Positions 9,961 through 21,818 of a stretch of 64,000 nt of DNA are shown one piece after another. Origin of the DNA: an uncultured Pelagibacteraceae bacterium (GTDB lineage: Bacteria > Pseudomonadota > Alphaproteobacteria > Pelagibacterales > AG-422-B15); contig CACNXQ010000001.1 of assembly GCA_902624455.1 (NCBI GenBank), positions 160,238 through 224,237 on the forward strand, read 5' to 3'. A program made the position numbers and the translations under genes. The notes below the pieces were generated by a model. That model searched no databases and was not told the DNA's origin. It was given only the letters and a program-made list of their open reading frames with translations. Position 1 is the stretch's first letter; each line of letters starts with the position of its first letter.

Positions 9961-10434
9961 ATGGCTTTAAAAATAAGATTATCCAGAGCAGGCTCAAAAA
10001 AAAGGCCTGTATATAGAGTTGTTATTGCAGACTCTAGAAGTCCTAGAGACGGAAAATTTATTGAGAAAGTTGGACTATACAATCCTTTGCTCAAAAAAGA
10101 AGATGATAAAAGAATTCAATTAGATATTGAAGCAATCAAGAATTGGATTTCAAAAGGAGCAAAGCCTACAGACAAAGTTGCAAGATTTTTAGGTGCTGCA
10201 GGCGTTATAGCAATGCCGGCTCAAGGAAACAATCCTAAGAAAGCAATGCCAAAAAAGAAAGCACAGGAAAGATTAGCAGCAGCTAAAGAAGCAGAAGCAG
10301 CTCCAGCAGAAGAAGCAGCTCCAGCAGAAGCAGCTCCAGCAGAAGCAGCTCCAGCAGAAGCAGCTCCAGCAGAAGCAGCTCCAGCAGAAGAAGCTCCAGC
10401 AGAAGAAGCTCCAACTGAAGACAAAAAAAGTTAG
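9961..10434 (+). CDS. rpsP: 30S ribosomal protein S16 with Ala/Glu/Pro-rich tail
   Basis: [31 protein letters not shown]. Confidence 0.97.
   Translation: MALKIRLSRAGSKKRPVYRVVIADSRSPRDGKFIEKVGLYNPLLKKEDDKRIQLDIEAIKNWISKGAKPTDKVARFLGAAGVIAMPAQGNNPKKAMPKKKAQERLAAAKEAEAAPAEEAAPAEAAPAEAAPAEAAPAEAAPAEEAPAEEAPTEDKKS
10291..10420 (+). repeat. coding tandem repeat (15-nt GCAGAAGCAGCTCCA unit and variants, AEAAP) in the rpsP 3' end
   Basis: About 8 consecutive near-identical units read directly from the sequence. Confidence 0.9.
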
Positions 10435-10476
10435 AGGTGAAGAAATAAATAAAATAAGATTTTTAAACTACTTTTG

Positions 10477-10980
10477 ATGAGTGACTTGGTTGTTATAGGT
10501 AAAGTAAGTTCAGCAAGAGGTCTTAAAGGGCAATTTAAAATTATTTCTTATACTAAGAATGCTGAAGATATTTTTAATTATGGTCCAATAACTATTGGAG
10601 ATAAATACATAGACGTACAGCTCAGTAAAGTAAGTACAACAAAAAATTTACTTGTTGCATCTGTGCATGAAATTGATACCAGAGAAAAAGCTGAAGATAT
10701 TATTAATAATAATATTACAGTCAAAACACATAAATTTCCTGAAATATCTGAAGATGGGCAATATTATTATTACCAGATAAAAAATATGAAGGTTATGGAT
10801 GAAAGTTGTAAGATAATTGGAGAAGTTACGAACATAGCCAATTACGGTGCAAACGATGTAATAGAAATTACTGATGAAAATAAAAGAACTTTTTTTATTC
10901 CATACTCAAAGAATGTAATTGACGAAGTTGATGTAAAAAACAATATTCTTAAAGTAAAAAATATAAGTGATTATCAATAA
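10477..10980 (+). CDS. rimM: ribosome maturation factor RimM
   Basis: IGKVSSARGLKG, GQYYYYQI, YGANDV, IPY; rpsP-rimM-trmD-rplS order. Confidence 0.92.
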   Translation: MSDLVVIGKVSSARGLKGQFKIISYTKNAEDIFNYGPITIGDKYIDVQLSKVSTTKNLLVASVHEIDTREKAEDIINNNITVKTHKFPEISEDGQYYYYQIKNMKVMDESCKIIGEVTNIANYGANDVIEITDENKRTFFIPYSKNVIDEVDVKNNILKVKNISDYQ

Positions 10981-11702
10981 TGAGTGCATACAAAGTTAAA
11001 GTTATTACATTGTTTCCTGAAATTTTCCCAGGTGTGTTAGGTATAGGAAATATAGGTAGATCACTTAAAAATAAAATCTGGTCTTTAAAAACTATAAATC
11101 CAAGGAAATTTGCTAAAGGTATTCATAAGTCTGTAGATGGTACAACAGCAGGAGGAGGACCAGGAATGATTTTAAAACCTGAAATGTTAAGTAAGGCTAT
11201 TTCAGAAAGTTATAAAGGCATAAAAAATAAATCGGACTATCCACTACTTTATTTAAGCCCACGTGGGAAACGTATATCGCAAAAGCAGGTTCAAAACTTA
11301 AGCAAAAAAAAGGGGGTAATAATGATATGCGGTAGATATGAAGGCATAGATCAGAGAGTTTTGGATTATCATAATATTGAGGAAGTGAGTATTGGAGATT
11401 TTATTCTTGCAGGTGGTGAGGTTGCGTCTCAAGCAGTAATTGAATCAATCATTAGATTATTACCGGGAACTCTTGGAGATGATTCATCGAAAGACTTAGA
11501 GTCATTTTCAAATAATTTATTAGAATATCCTCAATACACACGTCCAAAAAAATGGAAAAATATTGAGATTCCTGAGGTTTTATTAAGCGGGCACCATAAA
11601 AAAATCACAAAGTGGAGGCTTGAAATGGCAGAAAAAATCACAAAAAAGAATCGACCTGATTTATGGAAAAACTACAAAAAAAACAAGACATTATTGAAAT
11701 AA
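10980..11702 (+). CDS. trmD: tRNA (guanine-N1)-methyltransferase
   Basis: [40 protein letters not shown]. Confidence 0.97.
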   Translation: MSAYKVKVITLFPEIFPGVLGIGNIGRSLKNKIWSLKTINPRKFAKGIHKSVDGTTAGGGPGMILKPEMLSKAISESYKGIKNKSDYPLLYLSPRGKRISQKQVQNLSKKKGVIMICGRYEGIDQRVLDYHNIEEVSIGDFILAGGEVASQAVIESIIRLLPGTLGDDSSKDLESFSNNLLEYPQYTRPKKWKNIEIPEVLLSGHHKKITKWRLEMAEKITKKNRPDLWKNYKKNKTLLK

Positions 11703-11730
11703 AGTATTAAAACACCCCTCGAGGTTACCA

Positions 11731-12300
11731 ATGAACATTGTAGAACAATTTGAAAAAGATCAGATTAAGACGCTAATCAAAGGCAAGAAAATTCCTCAGT
11801 TTCATCCAGGTGATACTGTTAGAGTGAATGTAAAGGTTACTGAGGGTACTCGAGAGAGAGTTCAGGGTTTTGAGGGCGTTTGTATAGCTAAAAGAAATAG
11901 AGGTTTAAGTTCTTGTTTTACAGTAAGAAAAATCTCCTTTGGTGAAGGGGTTGAGAGAGTATTCCCATTGTTTAGTCCTTCAATTGAGTCGATATCAGTA
12001 GTCAGAAGTGGACAGGTGAGACGTGCAAAGTTGTACTACTTAAGAGAATTGACTGGAAAGAAAGCTCGTATCGTAGAGCGAATAAGAAAAAAACAACCTG
12101 ATCTTGCAAGTTTATATGGCGTTGAAGAAGATGAAGTTGAGACTGCTGAAGCTCTGGGCGATGCGCCCGATGTTGAAAATGAAATATTAGAACAGAAAGA
12201 GCCAAATGAAGCATCTACTGACGCAGAGCAAAAACAGGAAGCTTCACAGACAGAAACAAGTGAAGAAACTCCTGAAAATGTTGAAGAAAATAAAGAATAA
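11731..12300 (+). CDS. rplS: 50S ribosomal protein L19 with acidic C-terminal extension
   Basis: [42 protein letters not shown]. Confidence 0.97.
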   Translation: MNIVEQFEKDQIKTLIKGKKIPQFHPGDTVRVNVKVTEGTRERVQGFEGVCIAKRNRGLSSCFTVRKISFGEGVERVFPLFSPSIESISVVRSGQVRRAKLYYLRELTGKKARIVERIRKKQPDLASLYGVEEDEVETAEALGDAPDVENEILEQKEPNEASTDAEQKQEASQTETSEETPENVEENKE

Positions 12301-12341
12301 TTTTTCTTTTCTAAATTTTCATTTATTAATTATTAGTAGGC

Positions 12342-13745
12342 ATGAATAGTCCAAAGACGATATACGATAAAATATGGCAAGACCATCTAGTTTCAGACAA
12401 TGATGATGGCACTTCTATATTATATATCGATAGACATCTTGTCCACGAAGTCACAAGCCCTCAAGCATTTGAAGGACTCAAAATAGCTAATAGAAAAGTC
12501 AGAAGACCTGAGTTTACACTAGCAACTGCCGACCACAATATTCCGACCATGGACAGAGATAAGGGCATTGATGATCCAGAGTCAAAACTTCAAGTTGAAA
12601 CTCTAGAAGCAAATTGTGACGAACACGGCATTACATTTCTTTCAATGGCTGATCAAAGACAGGGAATAGTTCATATTATAGGACCTGAACAAGGCTTTAC
12701 TCAGCCAGGCATGACTATTGTTTGTGGAGATAGTCATACTTCAACTCATGGTGCTTTTGGTGCACTAGCATGGGGAATTGGAACTTCTGAAGTTGAACAT
12801 GTACTTGCAACCCAGACATTAATTCAAACAAAAGCAAAAAATATGAATATCCAAATCAATGGTAAGCTTCCCGTAGGTGTCACCGCTAAAGACGTAGTTT
12901 TGAAGATTATACAGACTATTGGCACTGCAGGTGGAACAGGTTATGTTATTGAATACAGCGGTGAAGTCATAAGGTCATTATCTATGGAAGGAAGGATGAC
13001 TGTCTGTAACATGTCCATAGAAGCTGGCGCTAGAGCAGGCTTGATTAGCCCAGACAGAACAACAGTTGAATATTTGAAAAATAGACCCTTCTCTCCATCT
13101 GAAGATAAATTTGACTCAGCTGCTGATTATTGGTTATCACTTGCTTCCGATGATGGCGCTCAATATGACAAAGTAATTAAAATTGATGCGGATGAAATTG
13201 TACCGCAAGTTACTTGGGGAACAAGTCCTGAAGATGTGGTTTCAATAAATGGTAACGTTCCAGACCCTGCAAAAATATCGGATTCTGAAAAGCAAAAATC
13301 TATGTCCAGAGCGCTTGAATATATGGGATTAGAACCAAATACAAATATGACAGATATTAAAATTGATAAGGTTTTCATAGGATCATGCACCAACGGCCGT
13401 ATTGAGGATTTACGCGCAGTATCGAAAATTGCCGACGGCAGGAAAGTTGCAGAGCATGTGAATGCTATAATAGTTCCAGGATCTGGTCTGGTAAAAAAAC
13501 AAGCTGAAAAAGAGGGCTTAGATAAAATTTTCATCCAATCAGGATTTGAATGGAGAGATCCAGGCTGCTCAATGTGTCTCGCCATGAATGCGGATAAGCT
13601 TAAGCCAAAAGAAAGGTGCGCTTCCACATCGAATAGAAATTTTGAAGGCAGACAAGGTCGAGGAGGAAGAACTCACTTAATGAGTCCAGCAATGGCAGCA
13701 GCTGCAGCTATCAAAGGTAAATTGTCAGATTGTAGAGAATTTTAA
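12342..13745 (+). CDS. leuC: 3-isopropylmalate dehydratase large subunit
   Basis: [44 protein letters not shown]. Confidence 0.98.
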   Translation: MNSPKTIYDKIWQDHLVSDNDDGTSILYIDRHLVHEVTSPQAFEGLKIANRKVRRPEFTLATADHNIPTMDRDKGIDDPESKLQVETLEANCDEHGITFLSMADQRQGIVHIIGPEQGFTQPGMTIVCGDSHTSTHGAFGALAWGIGTSEVEHVLATQTLIQTKAKNMNIQINGKLPVGVTAKDVVLKIIQTIGTAGGTGYVIEYSGEVIRSLSMEGRMTVCNMSIEAGARAGLISPDRTTVEYLKNRPFSPSEDKFDSAADYWLSLASDDGAQYDKVIKIDADEIVPQVTWGTSPEDVVSINGNVPDPAKISDSEKQKSMSRALEYMGLEPNTNMTDIKIDKVFIGSCTNGRIEDLRAVSKIADGRKVAEHVNAIIVPGSGLVKKQAEKEGLDKIFIQSGFEWRDPGCSMCLAMNADKLKPKERCASTSNRNFEGRQGRGGRTHLMSPAMAAAAAIKGKLSDCREF

Positions 13746-14371
13746 TGGAAAAATTTAAAACTATAAAAAGTAATGCAATACCGCTACCGATGGTAAACGT
13801 TGATACTGACATGATCATTCCTAAACAGTTTTTAAAAACCATTAAAAGGACTGGTCTAGGTAAAAATCTTTTTTATGAATTAAGATATGACGAAAATGAT
13901 AAGGAAATAGAGTCTTTTGTTTTGAATCAAGATGAATACAAAGATTCACAGATTTTAATAACCGGAAAAAACTTTGGCTGTGGATCATCAAGGGAACACG
14001 CTCCTTGGTCTATAGCTGATTATGGTATTAAATGTATTATTGCATCAAGTTATGCTGACATATTTTATAACAACTGTTTTAAGAACGGCATTTTACCCAT
14101 TAAGCTCAAAGATGAAGAGATTGAGGTATTGCTATCTGCTGCTGAAAACAGTCTTAACTTCACAGTTGATCTAGAGAGTCAAAAAATCAGTTATATTGAA
14201 AATAATACACAAAAAGAAATGCCTTTTGAATTAGATGAAGCAAAAAAGAATTGTTTGCTTGAGGGATTGGATGATATCGGGATGACACTCAACAAAGTAA
14301 GTCATATTTCTTCTTTCGAAGAGAAACAAAAGTCAAGTAATCCATGGCTTTATAGTCAGACAATAAAATGA
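13745..14371 (+). CDS. leuD: 3-isopropylmalate dehydratase small subunit
   Basis: [26 protein letters not shown]. Confidence 0.97.
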   Translation: MEKFKTIKSNAIPLPMVNVDTDMIIPKQFLKTIKRTGLGKNLFYELRYDENDKEIESFVLNQDEYKDSQILITGKNFGCGSSREHAPWSIADYGIKCIIASSYADIFYNNCFKNGILPIKLKDEEIEVLLSAAENSLNFTVDLESQKISYIENNTQKEMPFELDEAKKNCLLEGLDDIGMTLNKVSHISSFEEKQKSSNPWLYSQTIK

Positions 14372-15480
14372 CAAATACATATAAATTATTAGTCTTACCT
14401 GGAGATGGTATCGGTCCAGAAGTAATGAATGAAGCGCTAAAGATATCTCAATGCATAAGTGAGTTAAGCGGAGTTAACTTTGTTATTGAAGAAGATGAAA
14501 TAGGCGGAGCTGCTTATGATAAGTATGGCACTCCACTTGCTGATGAAACTCTTAATAAAGCTCTTTCATCTGATGCAGTAATGTTAGGCGCAGTGGGTGG
14601 ACAAAAGTGGGATGATTTAGAATTCAAATTGAGACCAGAGCAAGGATTGTTAAAAATAAGAAAAGAGTTAGATTTATTTGCTAACTTACGTCCAGCACTT
14701 TGTTTTGAGTCAATGGTCGAAGCTTCATCACTCAAACCTGAATTAGTTTCAGGTTTGGACATTATGATTGTACGCGAATTAACTGGAGGAATTTATTTTG
14801 GTCAGCCAAGAGGGATTGAACAATTACCAGACGGTTCTAGAAAAGGAATTAATACTCAATCTTATACTACAAGTGAAATTAGAAGAGTTGCAAGAATAGC
14901 TTTTGAGTTAGCAAAAAAAAGAAGTGGAAACGTCACTTCATGTGAAAAATCAAATGTTATGGAGTCAGGTATCTTATGGAGAGAAGAGGTAAGTTATATT
15001 CATGAAAATGAGTTTAAAGACATCAATCTCTCTCATATGTATGCAGATAATTGTGCTATGCAACTAGTAAGAAATCCTAAACAATTTGATGTAATTGTAA
15101 CAGATAATTTATTTGGTGATATTTTATCAGACGAAGCGGCTATGTTAACTGGTTCTTTAGGTATGCTACCGTCAGCCTCACTTGGAGAAATAGATTCTAA
15201 AGGTATGAGGAAATCTTTATATGAACCTGTTCATGGATCAGCTCCCGATATATCAGGAAAAGGGATTGCCAATCCAATTGCAACAGTCTTGAGTTTTGCA
15301 ATGTGTTTAAAGTACTCTTTTAATATGGATGCTGAATCTGATATTGTGAATAATTCAGTGAATAAAGTACTGTCAGATGGATATAAAACAGTGGACTTGA
15401 TTGGTGATGACAAAAAGAATCTTTCTACTTCGGAAATGGGTGACCAAATAGTAAGTGAGATAAGAAAGAATTTTAATTAA
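14368..15480 (+). CDS. leuB: 3-isopropylmalate dehydrogenase
   Basis: [39 protein letters not shown]. Confidence 0.97.
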   Translation: MTNTYKLLVLPGDGIGPEVMNEALKISQCISELSGVNFVIEEDEIGGAAYDKYGTPLADETLNKALSSDAVMLGAVGGQKWDDLEFKLRPEQGLLKIRKELDLFANLRPALCFESMVEASSLKPELVSGLDIMIVRELTGGIYFGQPRGIEQLPDGSRKGINTQSYTTSEIRRVARIAFELAKKRSGNVTSCEKSNVMESGILWREEVSYIHENEFKDINLSHMYADNCAMQLVRNPKQFDVIVTDNLFGDILSDEAAMLTGSLGMLPSASLGEIDSKGMRKSLYEPVHGSAPDISGKGIANPIATVLSFAMCLKYSFNMDAESDIVNNSVNKVLSDGYKTVDLIGDDKKNLSTSEMGDQIVSEIRKNFN

Positions 15481-16493
15481 TGAGTATAAATATAGCAGTT
15501 GTTGGAGCTACTGGAAATGTTGGAAGGGAAATGTTATCAATCCTTGCCTCAAAAAAATTTGACTCAAAAAATATTTTTCCAGTTGCATCATCTAGAAGTG
15601 AAGGTTCACAAGTTGAGTTTGGTGAAGATCAACTAACAGTTGAGTCTATTGAAAAATTTGATCCTTCAAAAGCTCAAATTGCTTTATTTTCAGCTGGCGG
15701 TAGCACTGCAGATGAATGGGCTCCAAAATTTGCAGAAAAGAACTGCATTGTTATTGATAATTCCAGTAATTTCAGAATGCATAATGATGTCCCATTGATT
15801 GTGCCTGAAGTAAATCCAGGAGCATTAAAAGATTTTAAAAATAGAAATATCATTGCTAATCCAAATTGTTCCACAATACAAATGGTTGTCGCTTTGAAGC
15901 CACTTCATGATTTGTGTAAAATAAAGAAGGTAATCGTATCAACATATCAATCTGTTTCTGGTGCAGGTAAAGCAGGTATGGATGAATTATTTGATCAAAC
16001 AAAAAATTTATTTTCTGATGAAATTAAAGATAATCTTAAGTTTACAAAACCAATTGCTTTTAATGTTATCCCACACATAGATAAGTTTATGGAAAATGGG
16101 TACACAAAAGAAGAACAAAAAATGAGTGAAGAAACAAATAAAATACTTGATCAAGATATAAGGGTAAGCGCAACTTGCGTTCGTGTTCCAGTTTTTATAG
16201 GACACTCTGAGGCTATATCCATTGAATTTGAAAATCATGTCTCTGTGGAAGATGCAAGACTAGCTCTTAAGAATGCAGATGGATGCACTCTTCTTGATGA
16301 AAGGGAAGATGGTGGTTATGTTACTCCAAAAGAATGTGCAGGAAATGATGATACTTACATTTCAAGAATCAGGGAAGATACTGCTTTAGAAAATGGACTA
16401 TCTATTTGGGTTGTTTCAGATAATCTGAGAAAAGGCGCAGCTTTGAATACTATTCAAATTGCTGAAATGCTAATTAAGGATTATTTAAATTAA
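15480..16493 (+). CDS. asd: aspartate-semialdehyde dehydrogenase
   Basis: VGATGNVG, NPNCST, TYQSVSGAG, CVRVPV, DNLRKGAA. Confidence 0.97.
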   Translation: MSINIAVVGATGNVGREMLSILASKKFDSKNIFPVASSRSEGSQVEFGEDQLTVESIEKFDPSKAQIALFSAGGSTADEWAPKFAEKNCIVIDNSSNFRMHNDVPLIVPEVNPGALKDFKNRNIIANPNCSTIQMVVALKPLHDLCKIKKVIVSTYQSVSGAGKAGMDELFDQTKNLFSDEIKDNLKFTKPIAFNVIPHIDKFMENGYTKEEQKMSEETNKILDQDIRVSATCVRVPVFIGHSEAISIEFENHVSVEDARLALKNADGCTLLDEREDGGYVTPKECAGNDDTYISRIREDTALENGLSIWVVSDNLRKGAALNTIQIAEMLIKDYLN

Positions 16494-18457
16494 TGAGAAA
16501 AGACATCAGAAAACCAAGAAGGAGTGTTTTATATGTTCCAGGGTCAAATCAAAAGGCTCTAAAAAAGAGTTCCTCACTAGATGTTGATGCACTTATCTAT
16601 GATTTAGAAGACTCTGTATCTCTGAGTGCTAAGAATGATGCAAGAAATGCAATAATTGAATTAGTAAACTCTGGTGTAAATAAAGATAAAGAGCAAATTG
16701 TAAGAATTAATTCCTTGGATACAGAAGAAGGAAAAAAAGACTTAGAAATATTTAAAAAGTGTCAGCCTGATGCAGTATTAATACCAAAAATAAACGATGC
16801 AAAAGATATCTTAAATTGCGAAAAAGATCTTCCATCTAAAGATATAAAAATCTGGGTAATGATGGAAACTGCTTTATCAATTGTAAATGCTTATGAAATC
16901 GCAAAATCATCAAATTTGCTGAAATGTTTTGTAATGGGAACAAATGATCTATCTGCAGAGCTTGGATTAGATGAGGATCTAAAGCGCACGGCGCTAGTAA
17001 CTAGTTTTGAAAAATGTATGATGGCATCAAAGGCCTTTAAACTGTCTATACTTGATGGAGTATTCAACGATATAAGAGACCCAAGTGGGTTTGAGGAAGA
17101 ATGTATTTATAGTCATGGCCTTGGATTTGATGGCAAGACTCTTATTCATCCTGGCCAAATTCAGATTTGTAATAAAATATTCACACCAACCATAGAACAA
17201 TTAGAAAAAGCTAGAAAGATTGTTGATGCATTCAATGAAGCTCGAGAGAAAGATCCCAATGTAGGTGTTATTGTAGTTGATGGAAATCAAATAGAAGAAC
17301 TCCATGTTGCACACGCGCAAAGAATTCTTGATGCTGAAGACCTAGTAGTAAAAGTATCAGAGGATAATGCAGAGAAAGTATCTGATATTCCTAAAGGTCA
17401 AAGTAAATTTAATGTTGGTAATTTCTTTGAAGACTTCTATATGGATCAAATTATTGAGCACGCAACACCTCGCACTATTACAGCCGGCGATAGTGCGTTA
17501 TATACTGCATTATATGGATCAAGATTTGCACTGCATTCTTCTAAAGAATTTGCAAAAAATATAAATTATCATGATTCACCTGTAGATGATTTTTTACTTT
17601 TTAATGTAGCATTTGGAAAAACCGTTCCAGATATATCTCTTAATGCTATCGCAAATCTTGGTTATTCAGAATGTAAATTTTTAAAACCTGCTTTTCCAGG
17701 TGATACAATTAATTCAGAGTCAAAAGTGATTGGGATCAAAGAAAATTCAAACGGTGAAACAGGAACTGTTTACGTTCATTCAACCGGATTTAATCAAAGA
17801 AAAGAGAAAGTAATTGATTATAAAAGATGGGTTATGGTTCGAAAAAAAAATCAAGGCTTAACAGGATTGAACCCAACAGTTCCTAAAATCAAAACTGAAT
17901 TATCAAATGAAGAGATTAAACAAATTTCTCTAAGCTATGACTTTAATTGTCTTAATTACGATTTTGCAGCAGCCGGTTCGAGCCTTTGTTATGAAGATTA
18001 TGATGTTGATGAAAAGATCAATCATATCGACGGCATAACAGTGGAGGAGTCTGAACATATGTTAGCTACAAAACTTTATCAAAATAACGCGAAAGTTCAC
18101 TTTAATCAGTTTGTAGAAAAGAATGGTCGATTTGGTAAACGAATTGTTTATGGTGGTCATGTAATAAGTTTGACAAGAGCAATATCTTTTAATGGTCTTT
18201 CCAATGCATTTAAAGTAATAGGTATTAATGGAGGTACTCACGCCTCACCATGTTTTGCAGGTACAACAGTATTTGCGTGGAGTCAGATAATTGACAAAAT
18301 TGAAATTTCAGAATCTTTGGGTGCAATGAGAATTGTCACAAACGGTATCGGCGATGCACATCCAAATCAGTTTCAAGGAAAAGATGAAAAAGGTAAATTC
18401 AACCAGAACGTTTTATTAAGCCTTGATTATTGGGTTCTAATACCAAGAAAAAAATAA
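16493..18457 (+). CDS. fusion: CitE/Mcl2-like (malyl-CoA thioesterase/lyase) domain plus mesaconyl-CoA hydratase (double MaoC)
   Basis: N-half RRSVLYVPGS, DLEDSV, MMET, GTNDL, GFDGKTLIHP; C-half GNFFEDF, FGKTVPDISLNAIANLGY, ENSNG, YQNNAKVHF, YGGHVIS. Confidence 0.88.
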   Translation: MRKDIRKPRRSVLYVPGSNQKALKKSSSLDVDALIYDLEDSVSLSAKNDARNAIIELVNSGVNKDKEQIVRINSLDTEEGKKDLEIFKKCQPDAVLIPKINDAKDILNCEKDLPSKDIKIWVMMETALSIVNAYEIAKSSNLLKCFVMGTNDLSAELGLDEDLKRTALVTSFEKCMMASKAFKLSILDGVFNDIRDPSGFEEECIYSHGLGFDGKTLIHPGQIQICNKIFTPTIEQLEKARKIVDAFNEAREKDPNVGVIVVDGNQIEELHVAHAQRILDAEDLVVKVSEDNAEKVSDIPKGQSKFNVGNFFEDFYMDQIIEHATPRTITAGDSALYTALYGSRFALHSSKEFAKNINYHDSPVDDFLLFNVAFGKTVPDISLNAIANLGYSECKFLKPAFPGDTINSESKVIGIKENSNGETGTVYVHSTGFNQRKEKVIDYKRWVMVRKKNQGLTGLNPTVPKIKTELSNEEIKQISLSYDFNCLNYDFAAAGSSLCYEDYDVDEKINHIDGITVEESEHMLATKLYQNNAKVHFNQFVEKNGRFGKRIVYGGHVISLTRAISFNGLSNAFKVIGINGGTHASPCFAGTTVFAWSQIIDKIEISESLGAMRIVTNGIGDAHPNQFQGKDEKGKFNQNVLLSLDYWVLIPRKK

Positions 18458-18500
18458 AAATTCATAGAAATTATATTATTTGATATAATTAAATATACTA

Positions 18501-18878
18501 ATGACTAATCCATTATCGCCACATTTGCAGGTTTACAGATGGCAGGTAACATCTGTTCTTTCAATTCTTCATAGAATAACAGGTGTAGTTACTTCATTAG
18601 GGAGCTTGTTGCTTGTTCTTTACATGACCTCATTTGCTTTTAGCAGGGAACTTTTTGATTTTATAAATTTTGTTTTTAATAATCTTCTAGGTAGAACAAT
18701 TCTTATTGGTCTCACTTTTTCGGTGTTATTCTATTTTTCCGCATGTCTAAAACATTTGTTTTGGGATTCAGGGTATGGCTTGGACTTAATTACTGCCAAA
18801 TTGACAGGGTGGATTACAGTTGTTGTGTCAGGTTTGTTGACCATACTAATCTGGTTTATCATTTATGGTGTTATTTAG
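18501..18878 (+). CDS. sdhC: succinate dehydrogenase cytochrome b556 subunit
   Basis: PLSPHLQVY, SILHRITG, KHLFWD; first gene of sdhCDAB. Confidence 0.93.
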   Translation: MTNPLSPHLQVYRWQVTSVLSILHRITGVVTSLGSLLLVLYMTSFAFSRELFDFINFVFNNLLGRTILIGLTFSVLFYFSACLKHLFWDSGYGLDLITAKLTGWITVVVSGLLTILIWFIIYGVI

Positions 18879-18879
18879 T

Positions 18880-19215
18880 ATGTTTAATTCAGCCAAAAAT
18901 ACTTGGAAATTCCACAGATACAGCACCATTGCTCTTATACCAATGATCGCTTATTTATTTTTTAAGATCATCCAGTTTTCACATATGTCTTATGACCAGA
19001 TATTGCTTGATTTAAATAGTACTTGGTCGTTCCTCTTTATATTGATATTCACAGTCTTGGGTTTATTTCATATGTATACGGGGGTACATGAAATTATGGA
19101 GGATTACATACATGATGAGACTATTAAGAGAGTTTCTGAGATTTTAATTTTAGTCTTTTTGGGTGGTATCTTCAGCATGACTTGTTTATCCCTAGGTTTA
19201 ATAATATTGAGCTAA
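18880..19215 (+). CDS. sdhD: succinate dehydrogenase membrane anchor subunit
   Basis: W..HR.S, FHMYTGVHEIMEDYIH; start could also be 18865. Confidence 0.9.
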   Translation: MFNSAKNTWKFHRYSTIALIPMIAYLFFKIIQFSHMSYDQILLDLNSTWSFLFILIFTVLGLFHMYTGVHEIMEDYIHDETIKRVSEILILVFLGGIFSMTCLSLGLIILS

Positions 19216-19218
19216 TTA

Positions 19219-20994
19219 ATGAGTTACGAAATTGAATATCATGATTATGACGTTGTTGTAGTTGGTGCAGGTGGTTCAGGACTACGTGCTACAGTAGGTG
19301 CAGTTGAGAATGGTTATAAAACCGCGTGTATTTCAAAAGTGTTTCCAACAAGAAGTCATACAGTTGCTGCTCAAGGAGGTATATCAGCTGCGCTCGGAAA
19401 TATGGGTGATGACGACTGGCGATGGCACATGTACGACACTGTTAAAGGATCTGACTGGTTAGGTGACCAAGATGCTATCGAATATCTTTGTAAAAATGCT
19501 CCGAAAGCAGTTTTAGAATTAGAAAACTACGGAGTACCTTTCAGTAGAACTGAGGACGGAAAAATTTATCAAAGAGCTTTTGGCGGCATGACAAAAAATT
19601 ATGGTGAAGGCACCGCCCAAAGAACCTGCGCAGCAGCAGATAGAACCGGTCATGCAATTATACACACACTCTATGGTCAATCTCTTAAACATGATGTTGA
19701 TTATTACATTGAATATTTTGTTTTAGATTTACTAATGGTAGATGGAGAATGCCGAGGAGTTGTTGCTTGGTGCTTAGAAGATGGGAAACTACATGTATTT
19801 AAATCAAAGCAAGTAGTTCTTGCAACTGGTGGTTACGGACGTGTTTATTTCTCAGCTACATCTGCTCATACATGCACAGGCGATGGTAATGCAATGGTTT
19901 TAAGAGCAGGATTACCTCTTCAAGATATGGAGTTTGTTCAATTCCACCCGACAGGCATTTATGGTGTTGGTTGCCTCATTACCGAGGGAGCTAGAGGCGA
20001 AGGTGGTTATTTAGTTAATAGTGAAGGTGAGAGATTTATGGAACGTTATGCCCCTTCTGCCAAGGATCTTGCATCAAGAGATGTAGTTTCAAGGTCGATC
20101 ACTAAAGAGATTATAGAGGGTCGTGGCGTTGGCAAAGAAAAGGATCATGCTTTTCTTCACTTGGATCATATAGACTCTGATATTTTAGAAGAAAGATTAC
20201 CTGGTATTTCTGAGTCTGCTAAAATTTTTGCTGGGGTTGATGTAACTAAGCAACCAATTCCAATCATTCCAACCGTTCATTACAACATGGGAGGTATTCC
20301 AACTAATTTCCATGGTGAAGTTATGAATCTAGTAAACGGAGATGAGTCAGTTGTTCCGGGTTTAATGGCTGTTGGTGAAGCCGCTTGTGTAAGTGTGCAC
20401 GGCGCCAATAGGCTTGGATCGAATTCACTTATAGACCTTGTGGTCTTTGGAAAAGCTGCTGCTGATAGAATTAACGATACTACAAAAAAAGATACTCCCA
20501 ATAAAGATGTCCCTCAGTCGGTTATTGACGAAGTCATCGCGAGATTTGATCGTGTAAGAAATACTGAAGGTGACATTTCAACCTCCGACTTAAGGGATCA
20601 GATGCAAAAAGTAATGCAAAAGCATTGTGCTGTTTTTAGAGATGATGACATTATGTCAGAAGGTAAAAAGTTAATTGAAGAAACATGGTTAAATTCTGAG
20701 AATATTAAAATTAAAGATAAATCTTTAGTTTGGAATACTGATCTGCTGGAAACACTTGAATACAAAAACTTAATTGCTCAAGCAGTTGTGACAATGAATT
20801 CAGCGCTCAATAGAAAAGAGAGCCGCGGAGCTCATGCCAGGGAAGACTTTAAAGAAAGAGATGATGCAAACTGGATGAAACATACTCTTTCATGGTTAGA
20901 TGACAAAGAGTGTAGTTTGGATTACAGGTCAGTGCATGAGTACACTTTATCAAACGAAGCTAAATACATTGAACCAAAAGCTAGGGTTTACTGA
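19219..20994 (+). CDS. sdhA: succinate dehydrogenase flavoprotein
   Basis: [41 protein letters not shown]. Confidence 0.98.
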   Translation: MSYEIEYHDYDVVVVGAGGSGLRATVGAVENGYKTACISKVFPTRSHTVAAQGGISAALGNMGDDDWRWHMYDTVKGSDWLGDQDAIEYLCKNAPKAVLELENYGVPFSRTEDGKIYQRAFGGMTKNYGEGTAQRTCAAADRTGHAIIHTLYGQSLKHDVDYYIEYFVLDLLMVDGECRGVVAWCLEDGKLHVFKSKQVVLATGGYGRVYFSATSAHTCTGDGNAMVLRAGLPLQDMEFVQFHPTGIYGVGCLITEGARGEGGYLVNSEGERFMERYAPSAKDLASRDVVSRSITKEIIEGRGVGKEKDHAFLHLDHIDSDILEERLPGISESAKIFAGVDVTKQPIPIIPTVHYNMGGIPTNFHGEVMNLVNGDESVVPGLMAVGEAACVSVHGANRLGSNSLIDLVVFGKAAADRINDTTKKDTPNKDVPQSVIDEVIARFDRVRNTEGDISTSDLRDQMQKVMQKHCAVFRDDDIMSEGKKLIEETWLNSENIKIKDKSLVWNTDLLETLEYKNLIAQAVVTMNSALNRKESRGAHAREDFKERDDANWMKHTLSWLDDKECSLDYRSVHEYTLSNEAKYIEPKARVY

Positions 20995-21770
20995 TGGTTC
21001 AATTTAATCTTCCAGATAATTCAAAACTTACAAAAGGTGAATATTTTCAAACAAAAGAGCCTTCTAAAAATGTAAAAAAATTCCAAATCTATAGGTGGTC
21101 ACCCGAAGATGATAAAAATCCTCGTATGGATACATATGAAGTTGATCTAGATACTTGTGGACCAATGGTTTTAGATGCTGTTATGAAAATTAAAAATGAA
21201 ACTGATTCTTCTCTAACCTTTAGAAGATCTTGCAGAGAAGGTATTTGTGGTTCGTGTGCAATGAATATAGACGGCACCAACACATTAGCATGTACCAAAG
21301 CTATTTCGGATGTAAAAGGTGATGTCAAAATTTATCCTTTACCCCATATGCCCGTGATAAAGGATTTAGTAACTAACTTGAAAAGTCTCTATAAGCAGTT
21401 GAAGTCAATTAAGCCTTGGCTCCACAGAAAAAATAATGAACATTCTGAAAGTGAAAACATACAATCAAGAGATGAGAGAGCTAAACTTGATGGTCTTTAT
21501 GAATGTATTTTATGTGCTTGTTGTTCCACATCATGTCCAAGTTATTGGTGGAATAGTGATAAATATTTAGGTCCAGCAGTATTACTTCAATCTTATAGAT
21601 GGCTGCAAGATAGCAGAGATGAAGAAAGAAAAGAAAGACTTAAAGAATTAGATGATACATTTAAAGTTTATCGCTGCCATTCAATCATGAACTGTACTCA
21701 AACGTGTCCTAAGGGTCTTAATCCAGCTAAAGCTATTGCAGGTATTAAGCAAATGATTGCTCAACAGTAG
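20994..21770 (+). CDS. sdhB: succinate dehydrogenase iron-sulfur subunit
   Basis: [34 protein letters not shown]. Confidence 0.98.
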   Translation: MVQFNLPDNSKLTKGEYFQTKEPSKNVKKFQIYRWSPEDDKNPRMDTYEVDLDTCGPMVLDAVMKIKNETDSSLTFRRSCREGICGSCAMNIDGTNTLACTKAISDVKGDVKIYPLPHMPVIKDLVTNLKSLYKQLKSIKPWLHRKNNEHSESENIQSRDERAKLDGLYECILCACCSTSCPSYWWNSDKYLGPAVLLQSYRWLQDSRDEERKERLKELDDTFKVYRCHSIMNCTQTCPKGLNPAKAIAGIKQMIAQQ

Positions 21771-21818
21771 CAAAAATTAAATTCTTAATAATCAAGATTA
21801 GTTTATTATCTGAAGCTC

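Noticed and set aside
10291-10420. Tandem repeat as a CRISPR array; antisense ORF 10221-10424
   Set aside because: No spacers and in frame within rpsP; the antisense ORF is just the mirror of the repeat
13160-13627. Long antisense or alternative-frame ORFs (also 42156-42584, 43841-44194, 51081-51410, 59504-59836)
   Set aside because: Fully inside well-supported genes, no motifs; expected shadows of codon bias
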